Origin: Candidatus Eiseniibacteriota bacterium
GTDB lineage: Bacteria; Eisenbacteria; RBG-16-71-46
Reading direction: 5' to 3'
Length of the DNA: 64,000 nucleotides
Assembly (NCBI GenBank): GCA_963717505.1
Contig: OY970342.1
Span: 2,528,001 to 2,592,000 of the forward strand
Shown here in pieces: positions 10,626-22,964 of the stretch. How positions within the stretch are numbered: the first letter of the stretch is position 1; every line of letters starts with the position of its first letter. The notes beneath the pieces were generated by a model, which had not been told where the DNA came from, ran no database searches, and saw only the letters and a program-made list of their open reading frames with translations. Both the position numbers and the translations under genes were made by a program.

Positions 10626-11837
10626 ATGGATGCACCCCTCAAAGAGCACTACGACGCCGTGGTCGTGGGGGCGCGCTGCGCCGGAGCGGCGACCGCGATG
10701 CTGCTCGCGCGGCGCGGCCTGAGCGTGTTGCTGTTCGACCGCGATCGTCGGGGCGCCGACACGCTTTCGACGCTCGCGATGATGCGCGCCGGCGTTCTGC
10801 AGCTCTCCCGCTGGGGTCTGCTCGACACGGTGCGCGCGGCCGGAACCCCGGCCATCCGCAGCACGAGCTTCGTGTACGGCGACGAGGTGATCACGGTCCC
10901 GATCAAGTCTCGCGACGGCGTCGACGCCTTGTGCGCGCCGCGACGCACGGTGCTGGATCGGGTGCTGGCGGACGCGGCCTCGGCCGCGGGGGCGGACGTG
11001 CGATATGGCCCACGGCTGGCCGACCTGGTTCGGAGCCGGGAAGGTCGAGTGATGGGAGCGGTGCTCGAGGACCGGGATCGCTCGTTCCACCCGGTGAGCG
11101 CCGGCATCGTCATCGGCGCCGACGGCCTTCGGTCGACGGTGGCACGAAGGGTCGACGCCGCGACCTACCGGGAAGGACGACATGGATGTGGTGTCGTCTA
11201 CGCGTTCTGGCGCGGACTCGAGAACTCCGGCAACCGCTGGCACTACCGCCCCGGGGTCAGCGTGGGCGCGATTCCCACGAACGACGACGACACCTGCGTT
11301 TTCGCGGCGATGCCGTCCGCGCGGTTCCACGACCAGGTCCACGCGAACCTGGAGGTCGGGTACCACGGCGTGCTCCTGGAATGCGCTCCGGCTCTGGCTC
11401 AAGAGCTGTCGAACGCCTCACCCTCGGAGCGATTCCGTGGTTTTCCCGGCGTGCCGGGCCACATGCGTCAGAGCCACGGTCCGGGATGGGCGCTGGTCGG
11501 AGACGCCGGGTACTTCAAGGATCCGATCACCGCTCACGGGATCAGCGACGCATTGCGCGACGCGGAGTTCCTGGCGCGCGCCGTGGTGCAGGGATCGGGC
11601 CGGGCCCTGGCCGGCTACCAGGCGACCCGCGACGAGCTGTCGGCGGAGTTGTTCGAGATCACCGACGCCATCGCGGGGTTCGAGTGGGATCTCGATCGAC
11701 TCAAGCCGCTTCACCGGAGACTGAGTGATGCCATGAACCGCGAGGTCGAGGCCCTGGTGGGTCTCGACCAGGGTGGGGAGGCAGCCGCGGCAGAAATTTC
11801 GGGGCGCCCCACCAACCCTGGGCGGTCCGAGGGGTAA
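10626..11837 (+). CDS. NAD(P)/FAD-dependent oxidoreductase (geranylgeranyl reductase / flavin monooxygenase-like)
   Basis: VVVGARCAG Rossmann motif, GADGLRS, LVGDAGYFKDPITAHGISDA. Confidence 0.88.
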   Translation: MDAPLKEHYDAVVVGARCAGAATAMLLARRGLSVLLFDRDRRGADTLSTLAMMRAGVLQLSRWGLLDTVRAAGTPAIRSTSFVYGDEVITVPIKSRDGVDALCAPRRTVLDRVLADAASAAGADVRYGPRLADLVRSREGRVMGAVLEDRDRSFHPVSAGIVIGADGLRSTVARRVDAATYREGRHGCGVVYAFWRGLENSGNRWHYRPGVSVGAIPTNDDDTCVFAAMPSARFHDQVHANLEVGYHGVLLECAPALAQELSNASPSERFRGFPGVPGHMRQSHGPGWALVGDAGYFKDPITAHGISDALRDAEFLARAVVQGSGRALAGYQATRDELSAELFEITDAIAGFEWDLDRLKPLHRRLSDAMNREVEALVGLDQGGEAAAAEISGRPTNPGRSEG

Positions 11838-11916
11838 TATTGGCGCCAGAGGTCCCAAGGCCTCCGGCTTGACCGAATGGGCCGCGGTCCCAGAACCGCA
11901 CAGCGAGGAGAATTCC

Positions 11917-12477
11917 ATGAGCATGACCAAGAAGCCGGTCGACAACGGCGTCAACGTGGAAGCGCTGCTGGGAGCACGTCAGGCACTGACCGAGACTCCG
12001 GCGGGCGCCAAGTTCAAGTGGCGCGCCAAGTGTGAATGGGTGAGAGGAACTCACAGCCGCTCGACCATCGAGGGGTTCTTCGGACTCGGTGAAGAGCAGA
12101 AGCACAGGACGAAGTTCACTTTCGAAGCCGACCATCCCGAGATCTTCGCGTCCGAGGACCACGGAGCCACTCCGGTCGAGATGGTGCTCGCCGGGCTGGC
12201 CAGTTGCCTGACCGCGGGAGTTGCGGCGGTCGCCCAGAATCGCGAGATCCAGTTGCACTCGGTTACCGCGACGCTCGAAGGCGGGATGGACATCCAGGGC
12301 ATTCTCGGGATCGACAGTGACGTGCGAAATGGCTTCGACGGGATCAAGGTGACCTACGACATCAAGGCCGATGCGACGCGCGAGGAGATCCAGGCGATCG
12401 TCGCTCAGTCGCAGAAACGCTCGGCCGTGTACGACGTGATCACCAATCCAACGAACGTCACGGTCGAAGTCCGGTAG
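11917..12477 (+). CDS. OsmC-family protein
   Basis: GAGGAG RBS; NGVNVEAL, ADHPEIFASEDHGATPVE, LASCLTAG, GILGID..VRNGF. Confidence 0.88.
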   Translation: MSMTKKPVDNGVNVEALLGARQALTETPAGAKFKWRAKCEWVRGTHSRSTIEGFFGLGEEQKHRTKFTFEADHPEIFASEDHGATPVEMVLAGLASCLTAGVAAVAQNREIQLHSVTATLEGGMDIQGILGIDSDVRNGFDGIKVTYDIKADATREEIQAIVAQSQKRSAVYDVITNPTNVTVEVR

Positions 12478-12505
12478 GTCAGGGCTCGATTCGCGAACCG
12501 GTCGC

Positions 12506-13756
12506 GTGCGAGTCACCACCGTTGTCATTGGCGCCGGCCATGCCGGTCTGGCGATGAGCTACCACCTCACCGCCCGCTCGATCGATCATGTGATCCTCGA
12601 GCGCGGTGAGGTCGCTCATTCGTGGAAGACCGAGCGGTGGGACTCGCTGCGGCTGCTCACGCCCAACTGGCTGAGTCGGCTCCCCGGCTACGCCTACGAT
12701 GGCGACGATCCCGACGGCTTCCGCACGATGCCCGAGACGATCGAGTTCATGGAGAGCTATGCTGCCGCCATCTCGGCTCCGGTCCGCACCCACACCAACG
12801 TGCATTCGGTACGCAGGGTCGACGACGACTACAGCATTTCAACCGACCAGGGGGAATGGCGAGCACGAACCGTGGTCCTGGCCACCGGAGCGTGCAACGT
12901 CCCATGCGTCCCGCCGGTCGCGGAGGCGCTGCCCACGGGGATCCGGACCCTTTCGTCTCTGGAGTATCGCAATCCCGACGCGCTCGAACCGGGGGGAGTG
13001 CTCGTGGTCGGAGCCTCTGCCAGTGGAACCCAGATCGCCGAAGAGGTCCACCGGTCGGGACGCCCGGTAACGATCGCGGTCGGCGAACACATTCGAGCGC
13101 CGCGCTCCTATCGGGGCCGCGACATCAAGTGGTGGATGGATGTCGCCGGAGTGCTGGACGATCGCTACGACGAGGTCGACGACATCGGACGCGCCCGAAA
13201 CGTGCCATCTCTGCAGCTGGCCGGTTCCAGGGAGCGCAGGACCGTCGATCTCAATCGGCTGACCGATCTGGGCGTGCGGCTGGTCGGCCGCCTGGTCGGC
13301 GTCGCCGGCGGCAAGGCGCAGTTCTCGGGATCGCTGCGCAACCAGTGCGCGCTCTCGGACCTCAAGATGAATCGCCTGCTCGAACGCATCGACGTATGGG
13401 CGACCGAAAACCGAGTCGACGGCGAGGTCGAGCCGCCGCACCGATTCGAGCCGACCCGGGTCGAAGACTCGCCGCCGCTCATGCTCGATCTGTTCGGTGG
13501 CGGAATTCGCACCGTGATCTGGGCCACCGGCTACCGTCCCGACTACTCGTGGCTGAACGTGCCGGTGCTCGACCCCAAGGGTCGCATCCGGCACGAAGGC
13601 GGCATCGTGCAAGCGCCCGGAATGTACTTGTTGGGCCTTCCATTCCTGCGACGCCGCAAGTCCAGTCTCATCGACGGCGCCGCGGCCGACGCACGCGACC
13701 TGAGCGATCATCTCGTCCGCAGTCTCGATCATCAGATGGTGCGGTCGGATGCCTGA
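12506..13756 (+). CDS. Flavin-containing monooxygenase-like oxidoreductase (CzcO-like)
   Basis: VIGAGHAG, WDSLRLLTPNW, LATG, VVGASASG and IWATGY. Confidence 0.87.
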   Translation: MRVTTVVIGAGHAGLAMSYHLTARSIDHVILERGEVAHSWKTERWDSLRLLTPNWLSRLPGYAYDGDDPDGFRTMPETIEFMESYAAAISAPVRTHTNVHSVRRVDDDYSISTDQGEWRARTVVLATGACNVPCVPPVAEALPTGIRTLSSLEYRNPDALEPGGVLVVGASASGTQIAEEVHRSGRPVTIAVGEHIRAPRSYRGRDIKWWMDVAGVLDDRYDEVDDIGRARNVPSLQLAGSRERRTVDLNRLTDLGVRLVGRLVGVAGGKAQFSGSLRNQCALSDLKMNRLLERIDVWATENRVDGEVEPPHRFEPTRVEDSPPLMLDLFGGGIRTVIWATGYRPDYSWLNVPVLDPKGRIRHEGGIVQAPGMYLLGLPFLRRRKSSLIDGAAADARDLSDHLVRSLDHQMVRSDA

Positions 13757-13774
13757 GTCCCAAGGAGGACGACG

Positions 13775-14215
13775 ATGACCGTCCCCACGGCAGTCTGGCC
13801 GCGCGGCATTCCCGCAGTCGGACAGACCGCCTCGCGCACGAGAGCCGTCACCGTGCGCGACATCGAGCTGTTCACCGAGATGACCGGCGATCGCAATCCG
13901 CTGCACTACGATGAGGCGCTCGCGCAGGGGACGCGAATGGGCGGGATCGTCGTCCAGGGAGGAGTGACCAGCGGCATTCTGAACGCGGTGGTCGCCGAGG
14001 ACTTGCCCGGGCCGGGCACGGTGTTTCTCGAGGTCCACTGGAGCTTCAAGGCGCCGGTGCGACCGGGCGACACGATCACCGGCGAGGTCCGCGTGCTCAA
14101 GGTGCGCGACGACAAACCCATCACCGAGCTGGCGACTCGCGTGCTGCGCGACGACGGAACCGTAGTGCTCGACGGCAGCGCGGTGTGCTACACGATGCCG
14201 CTGCCGCTGCGCTGA
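13775..14215 (+). CDS. MaoC-family (hot-dog fold) dehydratase
   Basis: AAGGAGG RBS; DIELF..TGDRNPLHYD, LPGPG and FKAPVRPGDT. Confidence 0.9.
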   Translation: MTVPTAVWPRGIPAVGQTASRTRAVTVRDIELFTEMTGDRNPLHYDEALAQGTRMGGIVVQGGVTSGILNAVVAEDLPGPGTVFLEVHWSFKAPVRPGDTITGEVRVLKVRDDKPITELATRVLRDDGTVVLDGSAVCYTMPLPLR

Positions 14216-14254
14216 AAACCGCGTCATTGGCCCGCGGCGAGGAGGGTGTCATTC

Positions 14255-16423
14255 ATGTCCAGGCCCGTTCGCGTGTCCTCCTGTTGCCTTTCATGTGCAG
14301 CTCTTGCCGCAGTCCTCGTCGGGCTGAACACGGGCGAATCACACGCCCAATGGATTCAAACCAATGGTCCCAGGGGCGGTTCCATCCGCTCATTTGTCGC
14401 GGTTCCCAATGAAGCCGGCGGCACTTCTCTCTACTCGGGTTCGATCCGCGTCTGGCGCACCGATGACCAGGGCGCGAGCTGGACCCCTCTCAGCAATGGA
14501 CTGACGGATCTCAACGCCATGGCGCTTGTCGCCGTGCCGAGTGGATCGGGCGGCAGCGACCTCGTGGTCGGTACGGCCAACGGCATCTTTCGATCGTCCG
14601 ACGGCGGCGCGAGCTGGAATGCCAGCAGTGCCGGAATACCACCCAGCCTCTCCATCTATGCCCTGACCTCGGGTCCGAACGGCTCGGGGGGAACGAACCT
14701 GTATGCCGGAACGTACCTGGGCAATGCCTTTCGCTCGACCGACAACGGCGCCAACTGGACCGAGGTCAATTCGGGCTTGCCCCTCGGCCAGGCCCACGTG
14801 AACGCGCTCACGACTACGGCATCGGGAACGGTTCTCGCCGGCACTGGGAACGGCATCTATCGTTCGACGAACTTCGGGGCGAGCTGGACACGGGTGTTCA
14901 CGCTCTACGGACTCTCGTTCGCCAGAAACGGCGCAGCCCTCTATGCCGGCACCAGCAACGGTGTCTATCGCTCGACCAACGACGGCGCCAGTTGGACCGC
15001 GATCAACAGCGGCATGGGGTTCACCTGGACCTACGCGATGGCGGCGCTCCCCAACGGATCGGGAGTGACGCTCTTTGCCGGGGCCGGCGGTGTTCTCCGC
15101 TCTACCGACAACGGCGTGACCTGGGTCTCGGTCAACAACGGCTTGAGCAGCCTGACCGTCTACGCGCTCACCACGGCGCCGAACGCAACGGGCGGGACCG
15201 ACGTCTACGCCGGGACGACCGAAGGTGTATTCCGAACCACGAACAACGGTGCCAACTGGACCAACGTGTCCTTCGTCTATTCCTACCCCCAGGGGCTCGA
15301 GGTCACGCCCAGCGGCGCCATCCTGGCGGGAACGGAGAGCGACGTCTTTCGCTCGAGCGACGGTGGCGCGACCTGGACGGATGCCCAGATCAACGCGCCG
15401 ATTCTCGACTTCGCGGTCAACCCCAACGGCACCAGTGGCGTCAGCCTGTTCGCGGGGGGCGCCACTTCCGGCGTCTTCAAGTCGACGAATGACGGGGCGA
15501 CGTGGGTGGATGCCAACAGCTCCCTCGATGACGAGGAGGTCAATTCGCTGGGCACCGTCCCGAACGGCTCGGGGGGCACGAATGTGATCGCCGGGGCGTA
15601 CAGCGGGATCTTCGTATCCACGAACGATGGCGGCTACTGGCAGAACGTGGAGCCCAACGCCATGCCGCTCGACTACGTGGTGACGCCGAACGGCTCCGGC
15701 GGTCACAACGTCTTCGGCGGTGGCTTCGGTGGGGTGTGGCTCTCGACCAACGGCGGCCTGACGTGGGCGCCCACCGGACTGCAGGGTGTGATCCCGCAGG
15801 GCATGGCGGCGACTGGCAACGGCGCCAACCTGTTCGCCGGAGGCGATCCGTTCGGCGTGTATCGTTCGACGGACGATGGCGCGACCTGGACGCTGGTCAA
15901 CAATGGCCTGACCGACCTCAGGATCACGGCGTTGTTGAGCCCCGATGGAACCAATCTCTTCGCGGCCGGTGCAGGTGGTGTCTACCTCTCGACGGACAAC
16001 GGGAACCAGTGGTCCTCTGTCAGCACCGGACTGACCACCGGAGTCTTCCAGCTCGCCGTGAGCGCGGATGGATCGACGCTCCTCGCCGGGACGGGGGGCT
16101 TCGGCGTCTGGAAGCGGCCCCTTTCGGAGATGATCAGCCCTTCGGTTGGCGTCCCTTCCCTTCCGGCGCGCGGACCGAGTCTCCTGACCGTCCGCACCAA
16201 TCCGGCCTTTGGGCCGGTGGAGTTCGTGGTCGCCGGTTCCGAGACGGCGGACGCCATCGAGATCTTCGACATCGGTGGTCGCAAGGTGGACGTGCTGCCC
16301 ATTCCATCCGGAGGACGGAGCATGTCCTGGCAATGGAGCCAGATCGGCTGTCGGCCTGGCGTGTACCTGGCGCGGCTGCGCTCGCGCATCGGTGAGAGTG
16401 TGCGCTTCGTCGTCGTCCGGTGA
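14255..16423 (+). CDS. Secreted BNR/Asp-box repeat beta-propeller protein with T9SS/FlgD-like C-terminal domain
   Basis: GAGGAGG RBS; signal peptide ending SHA-QW; more than ten G[VI][FY]RS[TS][DN]xGxxW repeats with PNGSGGT linkers; tail EIFDIGGRKV...PGVYLARL. Confidence 0.85.
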   Translation: MSRPVRVSSCCLSCAALAAVLVGLNTGESHAQWIQTNGPRGGSIRSFVAVPNEAGGTSLYSGSIRVWRTDDQGASWTPLSNGLTDLNAMALVAVPSGSGGSDLVVGTANGIFRSSDGGASWNASSAGIPPSLSIYALTSGPNGSGGTNLYAGTYLGNAFRSTDNGANWTEVNSGLPLGQAHVNALTTTASGTVLAGTGNGIYRSTNFGASWTRVFTLYGLSFARNGAALYAGTSNGVYRSTNDGASWTAINSGMGFTWTYAMAALPNGSGVTLFAGAGGVLRSTDNGVTWVSVNNGLSSLTVYALTTAPNATGGTDVYAGTTEGVFRTTNNGANWTNVSFVYSYPQGLEVTPSGAILAGTESDVFRSSDGGATWTDAQINAPILDFAVNPNGTSGVSLFAGGATSGVFKSTNDGATWVDANSSLDDEEVNSLGTVPNGSGGTNVIAGAYSGIFVSTNDGGYWQNVEPNAMPLDYVVTPNGSGGHNVFGGGFGGVWLSTNGGLTWAPTGLQGVIPQGMAATGNGANLFAGGDPFGVYRSTDDGATWTLVNNGLTDLRITALLSPDGTNLFAAGAGGVYLSTDNGNQWSSVSTGLTTGVFQLAVSADGSTLLAGTGGFGVWKRPLSEMISPSVGVPSLPARGPSLLTVRTNPAFGPVEFVVAGSETADAIEIFDIGGRKVDVLPIPSGGRSMSWQWSQIGCRPGVYLARLRSRIGESVRFVVVR

Positions 16424-16549
16424 GCTCCCTATTCGCCGTGGACTGACACTCTCTGCCCCAGGATGCCAGCTTGGCAGGCGCGGTCCCGCAGCACCGGTCG
16501 AAGCCTCCGAGAGATCGGCAGGATCCTCGGTCTGCGATAGATTGTCCCG

Positions 16550-19183
<2,634 letters not shown>

Positions 19184-21895
19184 ATGCCCCTGACGCCCGG
19201 GTCTCGTGTGGGTCCCTACGAGATCGTCGGACCGCTCGGCTCTGGCGGCATGGGCGAAGTGTATCGCGCGCGCGACCGGCGGCTGGAGCGGGACGTGGCC
19301 ATCAAGGTGCTGCCGGATGCCGTGGCCCACGACCCGGAGCGACTGGCCCGTTTCGAACGCGAGGCCCGGCTGCTGGCGGCCTCGAACCACGCCGGGATCG
19401 CTTCCGTCTTTGGGGTCGAGGATGCGGATGGTACTCGCGCGCTGATCATGGAGCTGGTCGAGGGACCCACGCTCGACGACCGCATCGCGAGCGGTCGTCT
19501 GCCGGCGGACGAAGTGCTCGGCGTGGCGCGACAGCTCGCCGAGGCGCTCGAGTATGCGCACGAACGCGGCATCGTCCACCGGGACCTCAAGCCGGCCAAT
19601 GTCAAGCTCCGTCCCGACGGGACGGTCAAGGTGCTCGACTTCGGGCTGGCGCGCGCGCTCGACACACAGGCTTCAGCCCCAGTCGGCGACCTCAGTCAGT
19701 CGCCGACCATCACACAGCGGATGACGCAGGCTGGAATGATCCTAGGCACGGCGGCCTACATGTCGCCCGAGCAGGCCCGCGGGCGCGAAGCCGACCGCCG
19801 CGCGGACATCTGGGCCTTCGGCGTCGTCATCTACGAGATGCTCACGGGACGCAGCGCATTCGCCGGAGAGACCATTTCCGACACCCTGGCCTCGGTCATG
19901 CGGGACGACCCGGATTGGTCGGCGCTTCCGCCACGACTGTCGCAACGGTGGCGGGTGCTACTCCAGCGCTGCTTGGCCAAGGAACCGCGACAGCGCCTGC
20001 AGGCGATCGGCGAGGCGCGTATTGCGCTCGAGGATCTGGCGGCGCACCCTGAGGACCCCGCCCTGTCGAGGACCTACGTGCCGCCGCGGCGCCGCCTCCT
20101 TCGCGTGCTGTCCTGGCTCATCGGGGCGGCTGCCCTGGGTCTGCTGGCAGTCGTCATCTGGCGGCGGCCTCCCTCGGTGCCGACCGCGATCGAACTGAGC
20201 ATCGTTCCCTCGGGGGGGCGCAAGATCTCTGGTGAGGTCACCTACCAACCGATGGCGATCGCTCCCGACGGCAAGGCCGTGGCTTACACGGTTCGCGACG
20301 GCGGCCTGCTCAAGCTGCGCGTCCGACGTTTGGACACTCGTGAGGACCGAGAGATTCCCGGCGCGGATGGCGCTCACAACCAGTTCTTCTCCCGCGACGG
20401 CCAGTGGATCGCGTTTTTCGACGGTCGCAAGCTGAGCAAGGTCTCGGTACGGGGTGGGACCCCGGTCGAGCTGACCAACTGTTTTCGAGATCGTCTCGGT
20501 ACCTGGCTGGATGATGGCACCATCGTCTATTCGGGCGACGTCACGGGACCTCTTCAACGCGTCTCCGAGGCCGGTGGCGTGCCGACCGCCATCACCAGAC
20601 TCGACAGCACGAAGGGAGAGCGAACCCACCGTAATCCGTGTGCTCTCGATGGCGGGCCTTGGGTGGTCTTCACCGCACAAACGGTGGACAGCCCTGGTGA
20701 CTACGACGACGCGACCATCGACGCGGTCTCGGTCAAGACTGGGGAGCGTCGCCACCTGTTCAAAGGCGCACGGCGCGCCGTGTGGGCACACGGGGGATTC
20801 CTGGTACTCGCGCGCGGCGGCGACCTGTATGCGGTTCCCATCGATCCGCGCAATCCGCGAATCACCCATGATCCGGTGCCCGTGCTCGGGGGTGTGAGCG
20901 GTGACGCCGCGAGCGGCGCGTCGTTCTTCAGCATCGCGGACGATGGCACCTTGGCATGGATCCCCGAAGATGAACCCGAGAGAATCCGCGACGTGGGCTG
21001 GTTTGATCGTTCTGGCAACTGGACGCCGACCGCCATTGCGGCCGGACCGTACGTGAGGCTCGCCCTATCGCCCGACAACACGCGAGCCATCATCCTGGCT
21101 GGGCCGGGTGGCGCGGTGTCCGACCTGTGGCTGGGCGACCTCCGTACCGGTGGGATGAACCGACTCACCTACGGGGGCCGCAGTGGCTATGGGGCGTGGA
21201 TCCCGGACGGCATCCACATAGCTCATGCCCAGAGCGACACCACCGGTGGGCAGTACGTCGTCGTGCGCCGCCTGGACGGCGTTGGCGGGGGTCGCGTGAT
21301 CTTCCACACAGACCACCCGGTCAATGTCACGGACGTAACCCCCGACGGTAGACAGGTCGTGTTCAGCGACTACGGCATGCCCGCCGGCAGGATCCACCTC
21401 GCCGCAGTGGACGGCGGTTCGCCTTCAAGGGAGCTCTCCGCCGAGGGCGAGGGTTCCGAGCTGTCGGGGGTAGTATCGCCCGACGGGCGATGGCTTGCGT
21501 ACCTCTCGAACAAGACACGCTGGTTGGAAGTCTGTGTGCGCCGACTTGGTGGCGGGGGAGGAAGCTGGCAGGTGTCCACGAATGGCGGGGGTGGAGTCCG
21601 CTGGGGTCGTGAGGGCCGCGAACTGTTCTTCGTGTCCGACGAGACCCTGATGCGGGCCCCTGTTCAGGTTCGGGGCGAAGACCTGACGATCGGGCCGCCG
21701 GAACGGATGTTCGAGGTCCCCCCGTCCCCGACGGAGACCTACTTCCGCGAATACGACTACGACCCCATCGGCGACCGATTCCTGTTCACCCGGCCGCCTC
21801 GCGGAGTGGCAGAACGACGGGAGATCGCGCTGTCGTTGGGTTGGACGAGACGCCTGAGGGATGAGTTACGGGCGTCGAGACGGAACGAACGGTAG
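19184..21895 (+). CDS. Second Ser/Thr kinase - TM - TolB/PD40-like beta-propeller receptor
   Basis: Starts directly after the previous stop (TAGATG); LGSGGMGEVY, HRDLKPAN, DFG, GTAAYMSPE; SPDG/TPDG repeats. Confidence 0.92.
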   Translation: MPLTPGSRVGPYEIVGPLGSGGMGEVYRARDRRLERDVAIKVLPDAVAHDPERLARFEREARLLAASNHAGIASVFGVEDADGTRALIMELVEGPTLDDRIASGRLPADEVLGVARQLAEALEYAHERGIVHRDLKPANVKLRPDGTVKVLDFGLARALDTQASAPVGDLSQSPTITQRMTQAGMILGTAAYMSPEQARGREADRRADIWAFGVVIYEMLTGRSAFAGETISDTLASVMRDDPDWSALPPRLSQRWRVLLQRCLAKEPRQRLQAIGEARIALEDLAAHPEDPALSRTYVPPRRRLLRVLSWLIGAAALGLLAVVIWRRPPSVPTAIELSIVPSGGRKISGEVTYQPMAIAPDGKAVAYTVRDGGLLKLRVRRLDTREDREIPGADGAHNQFFSRDGQWIAFFDGRKLSKVSVRGGTPVELTNCFRDRLGTWLDDGTIVYSGDVTGPLQRVSEAGGVPTAITRLDSTKGERTHRNPCALDGGPWVVFTAQTVDSPGDYDDATIDAVSVKTGERRHLFKGARRAVWAHGGFLVLARGGDLYAVPIDPRNPRITHDPVPVLGGVSGDAASGASFFSIADDGTLAWIPEDEPERIRDVGWFDRSGNWTPTAIAAGPYVRLALSPDNTRAIILAGPGGAVSDLWLGDLRTGGMNRLTYGGRSGYGAWIPDGIHIAHAQSDTTGGQYVVVRRLDGVGGGRVIFHTDHPVNVTDVTPDGRQVVFSDYGMPAGRIHLAAVDGGSPSRELSAEGEGSELSGVVSPDGRWLAYLSNKTRWLEVCVRRLGGGGGSWQVSTNGGGGVRWGREGRELFFVSDETLMRAPVQVRGEDLTIGPPERMFEVPPSPTETYFREYDYDPIGDRFLFTRPPRGVAERREIALSLGWTRRLRDELRASRRNER

Positions 21896-22076
21896 CCCCG
21901 CGCGCGTAGCCGAGATCATCCGCATTGCAAAGCGAGGGTCTTCTCGACCCTCATCGGCTGGAATCGGCTTGGCACATGCGCTTTGACTCTCCGCCCCGCG
22001 ATGGCCCCAAGTGACTCGGGGTGCGGTGCAACCTGCGGGCAGGTCGCATGTCGCACCCCGAGAGTTTCAGTAGACA

Positions 22077-22100
22077 CGGCGGCCCCGTGCGGGGCCGTCG
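22077..22100 (-). terminator. GC-rich hairpin, putative terminator of the DUF1269-like gene
   Basis: CGGCGGCCCCG-TG-CGGGGCCGTCG immediately beyond the stop at 22102; weak U-tract. Confidence 0.45.
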
Positions 22101-22101
22101 T

Positions 22102-22902
22102 TCACGGCGTGAGCGCGGCTTTCGTCAGCTTCCAGGCCTGATCGAGCTTCGCGGTGCGTTCCCGGTACTCGGTGCGCACCTCGTCCAGCCGCTTCGTCAG
22201 GCGCTCCTTCTGCTCGCTGCGGACCGTCGCGATCTGCTGCTTCAGCGACTCGATCTTGGCTTCGCCTTCGCGTTTCACGGACTCGATGCGGGCCTTCAGC
22301 TCCTGCTGCTTGGCCCCCAGCTTCTTCCGCGTCTCCTGGACCTTCGCCTCGAGCTTCGCCTTCCGATTCGCGGAGGCCTTCTCCAACTCGGCCTCGAGCG
22401 AGTCGAGCTCCGCATCGAACGCGGCGATCTCCTTCTCGTAGTAGGCGTCCTCCACCTGGATGCGGCTGCGGCGGAAGATCCGTCCACTCAGCGCCTCCAT
22501 CCGGGTGTCGAGCGGGGTCTGCCACACCTCGTCGATCTCGGCGATGACCGCCGCGTTCCCGGGCAGCAGGAACTCCTGGACCTCGGTCACGAAGTCACTG
22601 TCGATTCCGAATCGCGTGAGATCGAACGCCGCGCCGATCAGAGTTCCGGTGCCGGCGCCGACAGCCAGGCCGACCGGGCCGCCCACCAGGCCGGCGAAGC
22701 TCCCAACCAGCAGACCGATAAACGTCCCCTCCGGCCCCGGATCGTCGGCCTTGCGAACCGACGCCTTGCCGGCCGGGTCCTTGGTGATCACGGCGTCCGC
22801 ATACAGCGTGATGCTGCCTTCCTGATGGAGGTCCCGCATCGCGCGGGATCCCTCGTAGGCCTGCTTCTCGTCTCCGAAGACGACCACCACGATCTTGTTC
22901 AT
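22102..22902 (-). CDS. DUF1269-like glycine-zipper membrane protein with C-terminal coiled coil
   Basis: AGGAGAAGGA RBS, MNKIVVVVF start, GLLVGSFAGLVGGPVGLAVGAGTGTLIGA, long E/K-rich helix. Confidence 0.8.
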   Translation of the reverse strand: MNKIVVVVFGDEKQAYEGSRAMRDLHQEGSITLYADAVITKDPAGKASVRKADDPGPEGTFIGLLVGSFAGLVGGPVGLAVGAGTGTLIGAAFDLTRFGIDSDFVTEVQEFLLPGNAAVIAEIDEVWQTPLDTRMEALSGRIFRRSRIQVEDAYYEKEIAAFDAELDSLEAELEKASANRKAKLEAKVQETRKKLGAKQQELKARIESVKREGEAKIESLKQQIATVRSEQKERLTKRLDEVRTEYRERTAKLDQAWKLTKAALTP

Positions 22903-22964
22903 GTCCTTCTCCTTTCGCACGAGAGGTGCACGTTGAGTTCGTTCACGATGGACGCGGGTCACTT

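Noticed and set aside
14400-16100. Regularly spaced DNA repeats resembling a CRISPR array
   Set aside because: They are degenerate in-frame BNR/Asp-box protein repeats, and no cas genes are present.
20903-20923. DAASGAS in the second kinase propeller resembles the ApbE flavinylation motif
   Set aside because: It is a single short match within a propeller blade, not in an FMN-binding domain, and likely chance.
21970-21986. TGGCAC resembling a third sigma54 promoter
   Set aside because: The -12 element is not at the required spacing and no co-oriented gene follows.
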